Shown: positions 23,894 to 36,321, counted from the whole stretch's first letter. The stretch is DNA of 63,668 bases, filler included, from Globobulimina sp. (GCA_003354225.1; 54 parts of 54 records of this genome joined end to end with filler, not necessarily neighbours in it), one strand, 5' to 3'. The notes: generated by a model not told the origin, from the letters alone. Numbers and translations: made by a program.

Positions 23894-24592
23894 ATGCCTA
23901 TAGTCATATGTATTTTGGGAGAATCAGGAACAGGCAAAACCGCATTATTATCACAATATATCAATAATGAATTCATAGAAGATGATAAACCAACACCTTA
24001 CTGGAAAATGTTGACAAAAGAGTTGTTTTTAGATAGAAATAAAAATGTGACATTACACATATGGGATATACCAGGAAATTATAGCTCACTGCAAATGAAA
24101 AGCTTGCATCATATTGATTTCGAAGCTTGCATTCTAATGTATGACATTAATAATCATGATTCTTTTTTAAAACTTGAGAGTTGGCGAACAAACGTCATTA
24201 ATATCCAAACTGCAGCTCATCGGTTGAATTTTCCATTGTTGCTATTTGCAAATAAATTAGATTTGGTTAGAAATGATAGAATTTATATCACCAAACAAAA
24301 CTGTAACAAATTAACAAATGACTTAATAAATGATGGACATGCTTCGAATATTACATTATTAACAATTGGTTTTTGCCGAGAAAGCTGTACAGCGTTGGAT
24401 CATAATATCCCGTGTGGTGTTATCAATATATGTTTGGAATATGTTTGGTATTTATCTGATATGAAATGTTGTAAAGGAAAGGGATATGCTGAAAAACATA
24501 ATATGTTATTTTATGAAACGAGTGCATTGTATAAATGGACAATCGAGGAAGCAATGATTGAATTAATTCAGTTGGTACTGAAACATACATGA
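23894..24592 (+). CDS. Divergent Rab-like small GTPase with ~60 aa insertion and no prenylation motif
   Basis: G1 GESGTGKT, G3 WDIPG, G4 NKLD, G5 ETSAL; complete ORF. Confidence 0.85.
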   Translation: MPIVICILGESGTGKTALLSQYINNEFIEDDKPTPYWKMLTKELFLDRNKNVTLHIWDIPGNYSSLQMKSLHHIDFEACILMYDINNHDSFLKLESWRTNVINIQTAAHRLNFPLLLFANKLDLVRNDRIYITKQNCNKLTNDLINDGHASNITLLTIGFCRESCTALDHNIPCGVINICLEYVWYLSDMKCCKGKGYAEKHNMLFYETSALYKWTIEEAMIELIQLVLKHT

Positions 24593-24849
24593 AAAACATC
24601 AGTAATTCGATTTTGCATTCATTGCAAACCAGGAATATGGCATTTTTTCCCATAAATAAAAAATTAATAATCTTTTCTATTTGTGAATGGCCTGACTCGT
24701 AAATGTCGTTTCTTAGACTTGTTTAGGTGATCCTTAAACTNNNNNNNNNNNNNNNNNNNNNNNNNNNNNNNNNNNNNNNNNNNNTTAATTAATTAANNNN
24801 NNNNNNNNNNNNNNNNNNNNNNNNNNNNNNNNNNNNNNNNCTCTCGCAT

Positions 24850-25050
24850 ATGATACGAACACGAACCCCACCACCTCCACGATAACCACCTCCTCCACCT
24901 CCGCCCCATACACATACACGATAACCCTCGCTGTATCCACATCCTCATCTATAACCTCCACCGCCTCCTCTCCCATTACCACACCTCCACCATAACCACA
25001 GATCCACCATAACCACACCTCCATCACCACACCTCCATCACCACACATCC
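24850..25050. repeat. C/A-rich degenerate low-complexity repeat (CCACCTCC / ATAACC units)
   Basis: Repeated ccacacctccac / ataacctcc words; a similar tract lies at 61570-61651. Confidence 0.6.
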
Positions 25051-25608
25051 TCGGGGGCGCGGCTCTACCCGCCTAAGACGTGCCCCATCGGTGCGAAAAA
25101 CCGCGTTGTATCATTTTATGATTTTAAGGTTGAAAAATAATTATGATTTTATGATTTTACTGTTTTTTGAAGTTAGATTAAAAACTGCTTAAATAAGTGC
25201 ATTAAACGCTCATGGCTTGCATTAAACGCTCCGACAACAAATAAATAGGAACAGAAACGTTGCTCATTCCAAATTTAAATCAACATACACAAACATGCAT
25301 TCATGGGATGATTGGGATCACACATTGGAGATCAAACATATTCAATGGTACAACAAAACAATGGATCTGCCACACATTATTATTTGTCAAACAAAAGAAG
25401 ATTATTATTTCCATAATAGTTTACCATTACCAGCAAAGGAAGAACAAACGCTGCTAAAGAATGATCAACAGACACCTATGTTTTGTACTTTGTAGCATGT
25501 AATATTTCTTGCAGTCATAAAATAGCTCTGGATTTTCTATGTAATAATAAAATAAAAATAAATAGACGACGGCCGACAAAATATGCAAACAAAGGTATGT
25601 CTTTTTGT

Positions 25609-25922
25609 TTACTCTGTAAATTCCGTAAATGTATCAAATTTATTTGTTTGTGGATGGCCAACGATTAAAAACCAAGTCTCATATTTCTTGAATGGATATC
25701 TTTGCACATTTACAACTTTTGGATATAAAATAGTTTGGTCGCGATCGACATCTTCACTTTCAATTTCAACCAACAATGTAATTTCTTCATTGGTTTGAGA
25801 AACAATGTTAAAATTCAGCTCCAAATCGGGATAATTATTACAAAAATGTGCGATCTGATTCAATTTGTTTGTATCATTAATGTCAATCGCTTTGAATGCT
25901 TTTCATCGAATATTTTCGTCTT
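25609..25922 (-). pseudogene. Brr2/SNRNP200-like Sec63 domain fragment with nonsense codon
   Basis: IAHFCNNYPDLELNF..RYPFKKYETWFLIVG resembles Brr2 VARFCNRYPNIEL..WWVVIG; TGA at 25903-25905; similarity lost after GHPQTN. Confidence 0.6.
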
Positions 25923-26022
25923 NNNNNNNNNNNNNNNNNNNNNNNNNNNNNNNNNNNNNNNNNNNNTTAATTAATTAANNNNNNNNNNNNNNNNNNNNNN
26001 NNNNNNNNNNNNNNNNNNNNNN

Positions 26023-26190
26023 ATACAGATCCAATCACAAAGCGAATGCCATGAACGTATGCGCGCAGTGAGTGACCGATAAACGGTTTCAATGGACACA
26101 AAACGAGGCACTACAGCGAATGTTCATGAATGATCAAAGACATTGATACCAATGGCCAGGATGCGTTCAAGCGTCGCATGGCTCAATGGG
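26023..26190 (+). pseudogene. Coding-like fragment broken by two 4-bp tandem duplications
   Basis: Removing GTGA (26068-75) and ATGA (26126-33) duplications gives one frame IQIQSQSECHERMRAVTDKRFQWTQNEALQRMFMIKDIDTNGQDAFKRRMAQW. Confidence 0.35.
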
Positions 26191-27383
26191 TACAGTTTTT
26201 GTTTATTTATTTATTTATTTGCCTCTTCAACGACGAAATATTTGCGGATGCAATACCCGAAATCGTGATTGCCGCCATCACCAATATCGCCAATAATGAA
26301 TTTGTAAATAATGCGATTGTAAATAATACGATTGTAAATAATGAGATTGTAATAAATGCGCATTTGCGTGCTCGGAATTTGAATCGCCGCGATCGGCAGA
26401 TTCATTAAATGGTTAATGGACAATTTGCCGCGATCGGCGAATTGACCCATTGTTGGACTGACCATCGAGGTCATGATGATGATGGATGATTCAAACATCA
26501 ATTGATTACCAAGTCAATCAATGAATGAAGCGGGTTCAAGACATAAAGCCAAGAACCCATGGTTGCCGAGGACAAGGACAAGAGAAAAGATGTTTTTGTT
26601 TTTGATGAAAAGACTAAGAAAATTCAAGGACTTTAAATCAAAAAAAATGGAGTAATGTAGTATATTGACATATTATACCCCCTATTGTAAGCCCCTAAGC
26701 TAAAACTATTGTTAGTCCTTAAATTAGTACTTCACCATTCCTAGTAAGAAGTCACGATATACCACAATACAATACAATTCAATTCAATTCAAATTCCATT
26801 ATCTTTATTCAATTTCAATTTCTATCCAATTAATTATAAATCCAATTAATATAATGTTGCTTCATTTAATTGCTTAATTCAATTTGGAGTGCTCTGCTTT
26901 GAGCTATGCTACAATCCATAGTCCATAATATATATATATCCAACTCCCTTTTTGCAGATTGCACAGAATCACTATTCTCCCTCCAACTTCAATGCATAAA
27001 TATCACCGCTGCACATAAAACCAAGCAATTCATCAAAAAAAACCTTTACCTGCATGTTCTAAAAATATATATGGATTTGAGACTGGTTTCGAACTGAAAT
27101 GGATNNNNNNNNNNNNNNNNNNNNNNNNNNNNNNNNNNNNNNNNNNNNTTAATTAATTAANNNNNNNNNNNNNNNNNNNNNNNNNNNNNNNNNNNNNNNN
27201 NNNNATTGTCCCAAATGTGATTTATTTCTGTTTCGTCGTCGACTCGAGATTCTTAGCCGAAATTCTGTCGTAGAATAGAAATCATATTTTAATTTAGGAT
27301 CGAGAATTAAAAGTATCGCTTTTAATAGTTGATGTAACACAGAAAATACAAGAGTTAGTGTGGTCAAACCTAAGTGTAACATC

Positions 27384-28286
27384 ATGTCGTCTTTGCCTCG
27401 CCTAAACTCAGCGAAATTGGATGCAACGAACAGCATTGATGGGAATAAGAAAAGGATTGCGGCATTTAAGAGTTTAATTTATCCATATTTGGGATTAGGA
27501 GCAAGGCAGAAGAGCGGGCCGCAAATCTCAGCAATAAAAGAATTTATAGGTTACGTTGTGGATCAAATTGGAGAGAATGACACAACGACATCGAAACCAC
27601 TGCTATTATATTTATCCAATGAATTAGAAAATGTGGCGCAGGATTTTAATGATCCCTTATTAGAGATTTGTAAGTTTTTTGTGTCGCGCGTCCGTCCAAA
27701 ATATAGCTACTTTGCTGAATCGCTATTAAAAGTTTGTAAATTATTGGCGGCTTTGTATCAGGCGGAAGAGGACTGGATCAATGCGGGCCGCGTCATGGCC
27801 TCCGTCGACACGGAAGACCAACATTTTTGGAATGACGCCTCCTTTGACATTGCCGCGCGCTGTGAGTGGCGCATCGAGACCGCGGAGTTCTTCCTGCAAA
27901 ACGAGGACAATACGTCGGCCACCAAACACATCCAGAAATGCCGCAAGTTGATGCGCGAAATACCTTTATCTGCGGCCAAAGTCAAGCAACAGTTAGGTTT
28001 GCGATACAAATCGTGTTATTCTCGCATTTTGGACTCGGAGCGCAAGTTCTTGGCCGCCGCGGTGAACTACTTAGAGATCGCCCAGATTGACACCAACTTA
28101 TTCGATAAGAACGAGATAAATCCCAACGATTTGCTCAAGTCGTTGGAGAATGCGGTGACCTGCGCCATATTGGCAAAAGCAGGCGGTCCAAGAACGCGCG
28201 TCTTGGCCATGTTGCATCGCGACGAAAGAAGCAAAAACTTAAAAAATTATAAAGTGTTGGAAAAGATGCATAAAAATATGATATTG
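27384..28286 (+). CDS. COPS4: COP9 signalosome subunit 4 (3' partial)
   Basis: LAALYQAEEDW..A, RILDSERKFLAAA..Y, AVTCAILAKAG..RTRVLAMLHRDER, LEKM. Confidence 0.9.
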
Positions 28287-28386
28287 NNNNNNNNNNNNNN
28301 NNNNNNNNNNNNNNNNNNNNNNNNNNNNNNTTAATTAATTAANNNNNNNNNNNNNNNNNNNNNNNNNNNNNNNNNNNNNNNNNNNN

Positions 28387-29468
28387 AGTACAGGAAATCT
28401 GACTATTTATTGTATCAATGGAAGGTGAAACCGAATGATTTGTTGCCTGTGATTGTGAATGAGGAGAAGGAGAATAATATTAAGGAGAAATCCAAGAAAT
28501 CCAAGAAGAAGAAAGATAAAGACGAGGTGGAGCAGAGTAAGAGCGGTGAAAAAGAAAAAGATGTTGATGTGTTACAACCACATGAGCTGAAATTAGCAGG
28601 GCAGGATTCTGAGGGTAATTTGTGTGGCTCTGAAGGTGAAAGTGGTAGTATGGAGGTGCCGGTACATCGCATGTATCATAGATGTGCGCATTGTGATTAC
28701 CATTATCAACCGGATGCATATTATAATAGCAGTCATCCACAAACTGAAAGTAAAGCGCATGCTAAGAAACAAAAGAAACATAATTTGTTACCTTCTACTA
28801 CATTAATATTACACTGTTCGCATATTTTTGCATTTACTTCACCGTCAGAGGTGAAACCAGGACATTCTGTGGCATCGATAACCAATCATTCAACATTGGA
28901 TATCAGTGGTTTACGTTTTGAATTGGGGCATAATTTACGTACGGAACAGTTATTATACCCGATTATGTCCCCTATGAATTTAACTCTCTCTCAGAATATA
29001 AAATGGTTAGTGGCCACTGCACAGGACGGACGCTGGCCGGTTGGCTGTCCTTTCGAACCAATTAAAAACGTATCCATTGCAGCAGATGAGATACAAATTC
29101 GTATCGAACCGCAGCATATAAATACTGCGTATAGTTTGGCATTAGAATTGCAAGACATTATGGAATATTCATCTGATTTACAATTATCTCTTGCTTCATT
29201 ATCATACAATATATCGACATCATCGTCAGATAAAGATAACAAACATATAACTTCGCCTACACCACCACCCACAGTGCTCCATACAGTCAAAAGTTGTCCA
29301 GAAGATGATGTATTTGCCATTCCCTCGCCGCCCATTGATCACAGCCTGGATGAAAAAAATGGACAGGATGGATGGGAGACGCCTTCTGACGGCGAAGAAC
29401 AGGATCAGTTTGATTTGGAGCCACATCATGGTCGGTTGAACAGTTTTAGTTTAAGCAAATCCATAACC
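28387..29468 (+). CDS. Large protein fragment, possibly VPS13/bridge-like lipid transfer family
   Basis: Long open frame; beta-rich segments (IMSPMNLTLS, VSIAADEIQIRI) only weakly reminiscent of VPS13 repeats. Confidence 0.35.
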
Positions 29469-29642
29469 NNNNNNNNNNNNNNNNNNNNNNNNNNNNNNNN
29501 NNNNNNNNNNNNTTAATTAATTAANNNNNNNNNNNNNNNNNNNNNNNNNNNNNNNNNNNNNNNNNNNNGACTTTAAAATATTTGAGAATATGGTCAATAA
29601 ACGCTTTATTTGTTTGTCTCTGTCTTGATTGCTATATATTCA

Positions 29643-30580
29643 TTATATAAATTTATATTGATATTGCACATAAAAAATATCCAGTTTCACATCGATAAAT
29701 ATTAACTTCATTCGTTTTAAAGCATCAATGCGTGCAATCATAGTGTCCGGCGGATGCCGCTTTGGCACAATTAATTTATTATAATTGTCAATGTTAAAAA
29801 GTTTTAATTGTTTTGAATATCTTTGTATATCTGCAATTTTATCCAAATCGTTTTCTTTATATTTAATGGCTAACCATTCGCCTTCATCGTCATTTAAGAC
29901 TGATATTACTTGTCCTTGGTACCATATATTTGAATATTCACTTAATATTAAACATTTTGAAGCAATTCGGAGTGATAAAATGCTCTCTGGTGACACTGGC
30001 TTAATATCTCTCGAATTTCGTTGGATTTCTTTGGTGGATTTGTTGTTATATTTAACCACTAACCATTCATCTTCGTATTCACCATAGATTTCAAGTATTT
30101 TGCCGTCAAACCACTGTCGTTTTGATCGCGAATATATGCTACAAAAGGAATTAATTTGCCAATTTTCACGCTCTATGGTGTCATTGTCCTGTTTACAATT
30201 ATTTATTGTGTGTATAACTTAGAAACAAAACATAAATCGACCTTAATATAAATATGTGCTATTTTGCTGTTTTCGGTTTTTTCATCTTTGTCATTTTCGT
30301 CGCTGCTCACATCGCTACTTCCATTGTCAAATATGGCTATTATATCATCAATATCATCAATAATTAATTGTTCGTTGCCTACGCGCTCAAATAAACGGAA
30401 GGTTTGGGTTAAACCATATTTTTCTTGTATAGTTTGCATAATTTGTAAAAATGTGTCATGATTCCATGTGCTAGAATGTGTTGTTAGTAAATATTCAAAT
30501 TGTTTGTCTCCGTAATGAATTGCAACAACACTCTCATGATCTTCTTGCATTAATTCGTTTAAAAATTGAATTGAATTCAT
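29643..30580 (-). CDS. PB1-like domain plus two tandem Tudor/SH3-like domains, intron 30189-30241
   Basis: Spliced frame gives CSIYSRSKRQWFDGKILEIYGEYEDEWLVVKY..KEIQR and CLILSEYSNIWYQGQVISVLNDDEGEWLAIKY..ADIQR. Confidence 0.55.
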
Positions 30581-30774
30581 TGTTTATGAATCAATCAAAT
30601 CAAATCAAATCAAATCAAAATATCAAATCAAATGAGCACATGCAACGAAANNNNNNNNNNNNNNNNNNNNNNNNNNNNNNNNNNNNNNNNNNNNTTAATT
30701 AATTAANNNNNNNNNNNNNNNNNNNNNNNNNNNNNNNNNNNNNNNNNNNNTGCGCTTTTTTGCCTTTCTGAGTG

Positions 30775-31302
30775 TTATTTATATGTATGTTTATATTTTG
30801 CGGTGCGAATTTGCGAATAATTGGTGCAATTAACTGAAAATTCATCCTGCGTGGCGTATAACATTAGGGTTTGATTCTGGAATACGACGTATTGCTTCTT
30901 CCAAAAACCTTTGCCGGTGGCCTTGGAACATTTGAATAAATATCCTTGCCAAAAGACGGGTTTTTTGCTGTCGACTTTCATTTTGTCGCGCAACGGTTTG
31001 TCGCCACATTGCGACGGCGATTCTAATAAAATGGAATAGCGGTCGATTTGGCCAAGGCCTTCAAAGGAGGGATAGATTGAGACGAAGTAGGAGATGGTGT
31101 GGTTGTCGTTAAAAAACAGTTCGGTTGTATATAATCGAAATCGTGCGTCAGTTTTGCTACAGCCGAAATCTTTGGATTTTTTGTGCCAACATTCACTGCG
31201 TAATTCTGCGAAAGTGGTCTTGCCGTATAATTGGAGAGTGCATGTGTATCCGGTTGGGAGATAGACTCGAATACGGAATTGTGTGTTATCAGACTCTGAC
31301 AT
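30775..31302 (-). CDS. Ubiquitin-like/RA domain plus PH domain protein, first exon
   Basis: FRIRVYLPTG..TTFAELR; WQGYLFKCS..GFWKKQYVVF..LMLY is a PH domain start. Confidence 0.6.
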   Translation of the reverse strand: MSESDNTQFRIRVYLPTGYTCTLQLYGKTTFAELRSECWHKKSKDFGCSKTDARFRLYTTELFFNDNHTISYFVSIYPSFEGLGQIDRYSILLESPSQCGDKPLRDKMKVDSKKPVFWQGYLFKCSKATGKGFWKKQYVVFQNQTLMLYATQDEFSVNCTNYSQIRTAKYKHTYK

Positions 31303-31438
31303 GTTCACTTTGAACACTTGAAAAAACTCTTAAGTGAGTGAGATGTTATAAATCAAATAAGTTATTTTGTTCTGTGTATCGTTGATCAATATAGGAATAA
31401 ATAGCAAAAAAACAGCAAGACTATAATGTGCAATGGTA

Positions 31439-31832
31439 TTATTTGACCATATTGTAGTTTAGGTCAGTCGTAACATGTTGCATTTCGTGCTCAATATTTT
31501 TTATATGGTTAGTTAACGAATACTGTGTAACAATTTGCGCGTATTCGTTTAACGAATTTATTTGTTTTGCTCCGATCTTTTCGGTAATGATAGGAATATC
31601 TTTTGCATTTTTATGTAAATAAAACAATCCATAATAAGCCTCCATCCATTCCACCGTCACATAATGAAAAGTTATGGGTGTTTTCGAGATATAATTAATG
31701 CCTTCTTTTTGCGCAATTTGTCCAATATTTCTTTTATATTTTGTATACCAATCAATTGGTAACTTATAAATGCCACCAAAGCCAAACAATGTCATTGGAT
31801 CCCACACATTAAATTTTTCATTCTCGTCCATA
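31439..31832 (-). CDS. GT31 (core-1 beta-1,3-galactosyltransferase-like) C-terminus
   Basis: DENEKF..DP..W..Y..G..ISKTPITFHYVT..M..Y. Confidence 0.55.
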
Positions 31833-32383
31833 NNNNNNNNNNNNNNNNNNNNNNNNNNNNNNNNNNNNNNNNNNNNTTAATTAATTAANNNNNNNNNNNN
31901 NNNNNNNNNNNNNNNNNNNNNNNNNNNNNNNNTTTAGATTAGATCCAAATAATATGTACAGTTTACAATACTTTTCTTGACGTATATTACAAAGCGATGT
32001 AAATCTATCCAAATCCGATGCAAAATTGAACCAATATGGATCAAACCATCCCAAACCTGCCAAAGAATAATTTGTTGTTGTTTCTGTCGATATTGTATTG
32101 TTTTTATTGTCCATTTTTTATTTATTCCATAAACTATGAAAACCATAATGCAAACGGATGGTTTGCATATGCAAACGTATAGTTTGCATTTGTAATCCAT
32201 GTAAACTCTTAGATATTGATTGTAATAACTCACAAATGGTCAGTAACAATTCCTAATGATATTGTAACCATATTTTGACAGATAACGAATTCTTTCATGG
32301 GAAGATCAAGCCATGCATTGAATTTAAAAATGTTTTTTGAGCTAAAGTAAAATCATAAATCACTAGCCTTTTTTTTTGTCATG

Positions 32384-33014
32384 TCATTTACACCAAAAAT
32401 TCATTTTTTGAAATACTTCCAACACCCCTGGGAATGGTTTGAATTCCCCACACACTTCAATATTCAAACAATTATCCCAATCAAGTCTTAAACAATGACA
32501 ACATTTACAATCCAATGCCCGCATATATATTTTTTTTGCTGAATGAATATCAAATTGAAAATATGAATTGATCCCTTTCAATGCTGAACAAACATTTTTC
32601 CTCTTCATTTCATGCGCAATAACATCACAGGGAATGGTTTCAAATACACGTGGCTTATTTTTATGGTTTGCTTCTAATTTATAAGTCAAATAATTAACCA
32701 TTGTTTCATCATATGATTCTAGCTCTGTATTATATATTATTTTTCCACATTTCTCGCCACGGTTTAAAGTAGATTTCATTATACTCCCAAAGCCATCACA
32801 AACACACTTACCATGTTGAGGACAGGAAAATGTCCATATGATTCGGCGCAAGTTATATTTTTCTTTTATATATCCCAATCCAACTAAAAAATGGGTTGCT
32901 GAAAATTCACCTCTATCTGAATACCCATATACAGTGGTGAGTTTTCTGTGTAATGTATTTTTAAAAAAATTTATTTGATTTTTAATATGTTGCTCTATAT
33001 AATATATAGCAGCC
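32384..33014 (-). mobile_element. DNA transposase C-terminal part, Sola-like (DDD)
   Basis: YSDRGEF..WTFSCPQHGKCVCDGFGSIMK and C-terminal R.LDCKCCHC..C.N..CG. Confidence 0.6.
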
Positions 33015-33229
33015 NNNNNNNNNNNNNNNNNNNNNNNNNNNNNNNNNNNNNNNNNNNNTTAATTAATTAANNNNNNNNNNNNNNNNNNNNNNNNNNNNNN
33101 NNNNNNNNNNNNNNTTTTGCGAGTGCAAGGATAATCCACGAATGCAAACAAAAATTTAACAAAAGCAGACATTTTAAATAAAAAAATTATGTTTTATTTT
33201 CTGTGTTGTATCAAAATTTTTTTTTGCGG

Positions 33230-34019
33230 TTAAAGTTCATTCCTCGGAATATTTGAGTTCTTATTTTCAAATTGTTGATTAATTTGATTATAAATGATTG
33301 AGACCGATTCTTTTAAAATAGAACTGCCTCTTTGAATAAAATACTGTGCATTTGGAACAACGGAATCCCATTTTTTCTCGTCATTATTTTGCATAAATTC
33401 TCCAGCAGAATGCATATAATTTTTACTTTTATTTAAAATGGATGTGGTTGAATTTGGTGAATCTGTAAAATAAATTTGAAAATAAATACCAATTAAACAG
33501 ATAACAAAACCAACAAATGCACAGAAACCAGCCATCATATTATCATATTGCCCAATGCATGGAATACAATCTGGTATCAAATCAATTGGTAACTGGCGAT
33601 ATAATAAACCCAAAATACATAAGGTTGCGCCTGACACTACAAATATTTCTGTTAATGGGTCCATAATTTTGGAGTTTGATAATAATCCGCTTGAATTACC
33701 GGAGATCGTATCATTGAATGCTGTCGGAGATGGATGCAAATTAAAAAGTAAATGCAAATAGCTGCATACCTGAAAGAATGGCAGTCGTTCCGAGTTGCAT
33801 CAACACGGAGGCATGTTGCGACATTAAAACATACCAAATGGTACAACAAATTAACATGATACTCATAACAATTATTTGTTTGGCTAATTTATAAATAATT
33901 TTCCAAATTCCAATTTGAAATAATATTAAATATGTGCTAAACACCAGGAACGCGTAAGGCCAGTATTGTTCCATCATCTGTCCCATTTTTGGACCAAACA
34001 CGTCTTTGAAGGTTGTCAT
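33230..34019 (-). CDS. Membrane protein with DUF1232/YkvA-like motif, intron 33721-33769
   Basis: Splicing joins the two ORFs (ILS|AFND); LY..LPIDLIPDCIPCIGQYD resembles the P.D.IPD.IP..G..DD motif. Confidence 0.6.
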
Positions 34020-34296
34020 TATGCTACTACAGAGAGTGAGGTGTTGAGGGTTAAAGTTGAAAAGTTTTTGTGATTAATTATCGACAAAGAAATATCTGTT
34101 TTCCCGAAGAACCTGTATTGTAATGGAATTTGTCTATAAATATTTAAAAATTACACCTTTGATATTAGCTAAAAAAAAATGAAAAATCATTGCAAGNNNN
34201 NNNNNNNNNNNNNNNNNNNNNNNNNNNNNNNNNNNNNNNNTTAATTAATTAANNNNNNNNNNNNNNNNNNNNNNNNNNNNNNNNNNNNNNNNNNNN

Positions 34297-34953
34297 ACAA
34301 TCCAAACAATAGATTTCTGTAATATTTGTCATCAAATATCTCAACCTATAGCTATATATAAACTGTCCCGTACGGTCACAGCCCGCTTGACAGTGTGCGT
34401 ACATAACAGTGGATAACTTATCCTCCCGTTCAGTCAACAAAAATTGGCGAGTCATATCAATTCGAGTTGGTATTTTGTCGTGATACCATAAATACGATTC
34501 ATTATAAACACACATATCATAAATGGCAGCAGAAGACATATTTGATAAATTTAAGTGTTGCTCTGGATTATGGTTTAAGTCCCATTGGTAATTATATCCA
34601 AATTTATATTTATAACCCATTGCACTAAAATAGTCATCTTCTGGCTGCCAATCTGGTTCATCAGCGGGACCATCCAAAACTAAATCGGTTAAAAAGAATT
34701 CTGCCGGGAATGGGAAACCAGCCTCGATTGCCCGAATTGCCATATATTGGATCAATGAATCATAAGCAAACGAATTATTCAAAATAGGCGAATTGCCACG
34801 GAACAAATAATTGATTACACCATCTTCAAATTTATGAACGTCAACTAAATGGACTCTGTCTAACTCTAACGTATGTCCTACCAATCCACATTTGACCACA
34901 TTCATACAGCAAATAAATGAAATAATAAGGGTTAGCAAAATCGTGAATGCCAT
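34297..34953 (-). CDS. Secreted PTP/DSP-superfamily phosphatase (3' partial)
   Basis: Signal peptide; YLFRGNSP; active-site loop YAHCQAGCDRTG (HCX5R). Confidence 0.75.
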
Positions 34954-35056
34954 GATTCAACGAACCGGAACAGCGAGACTCAAGCTTTATTAATAAAAAA
35001 AATATTATATTCAAATTGTTTAAAATTTCTTGGCAAAGCAATATACTATCAATTGT

Positions 35057-35378
35057 TTAAAATTCACATTTTGATACTTTTATTTCTGTATCTTTCTGAT
35101 ACATTGAAAAAGCAGGAACAATTTTTTTACAGCCAGCCAATGTTAATGTTACTGCCTCTGTTCCATTGTGATAAACTTTGAATTCATCGCTTTCAAAATT
35201 GAAAAACAACATAAATGTATCATTCTTCTTAAATTTGTTTGGTGCTTTATAATTAGTTAAATTTGTGCCTTTGTTTTTGATATATGAATAAAAATAATTG
35301 TTTGCAGAATATACATAAATTCCAACTGAATTTTCTTGATTCTAACCATATCCTGTATGGCAATTCGAATCTTTAATC
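35057..35378 (-). pseudogene. SPRY-like C-terminal fragment with in-frame TAG
   Basis: FKKNDTFMLFFNF..FKVYHNG..IVPAFSM; stop codon at GYG*. Confidence 0.4.
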
Positions 35379-35478
35379 NNNNNNNNNNNNNNNNNNNNNN
35401 NNNNNNNNNNNNNNNNNNNNNNTTAATTAATTAANNNNNNNNNNNNNNNNNNNNNNNNNNNNNNNNNNNNNNNNNNNN

Positions 35479-36321
35479 GTCAGGACTGCGAGGATAATCA
35501 GTCTCTGTCGATATGGATAATATGTGTATGTTTTTGTAATTTATGGACCACCACATATTCATCACACCGCCGCCACTTTCATTTTGAGCGGATAATGGCA
35601 TGCGGAAATATTCCCGATACACTGTAAAATTCTCCAATGAAGAATGGCAATGATAGTCTGACCACATATGGCATGTTTGTTCATGGTTTCCGGGTGCGGT
35701 CATATACGGAATTGTGCTCCAAATGGGCTCTAATAATGTTCCAAATTGGTCATAGATTTGTGTATAAGCCGGATTGTCAGAGACTAAATCACGATCATCG
35801 GCGTATGAAATATCACCCAAATGTAAGATAAAATCGATTGCGTTGGTTGGAGCGATTAATTGTTGGATCAAAGAGACTGTGTTTTGGGCATTGGTCACTC
35901 CCAAATCGCCATAGGATAAGAAACTGAATGGTTTGGTGCCGTTTGTTGTGGATTGTGATTGATTGCGCGCAGTAAATGTATATATTGATGCATTTGGTCC
36001 GGGCTGATACCAATATTGCTTTAATGCGGTTAATGAGGGTGTTATCGCGTGGTGATAGTAACGATTTATATCCAAGTTCGGTTGTGTATAGCTTGCAATT
36101 TGTGTTGAATTAACTGTGATGTTTTGAAAGATTGGATTGGTGGATGCTAAATAAACAATTGGTGGATCGCTGTATGATGCATTTGTTACCCATGATATTG
36201 ATATTTTGTTGGGTGGAATCAAACCAATATGGACTTGAGTCGAGAATGGAATTCCATTGGTTGGGAAGAAGGTAAGTATTAAGATATTCAACACGACTTG
36301 AATTGGAAGGAGGAACCGCAT
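35479..36321 (-). CDS. Purple acid phosphatase (3' partial)
   Basis: Signal peptide, FN3-like N-domain (QVHI..ISWVT, YHHA), metallophosphoesterase motifs GDLG, GDISYAD, PGNHE, WWS. Confidence 0.92.

Noticed and set aside
30588-30632. (AATCA)n tract as a telomeric repeat
   Set aside because: Short, imperfect and directly upstream of a gene; an ordinary microsatellite
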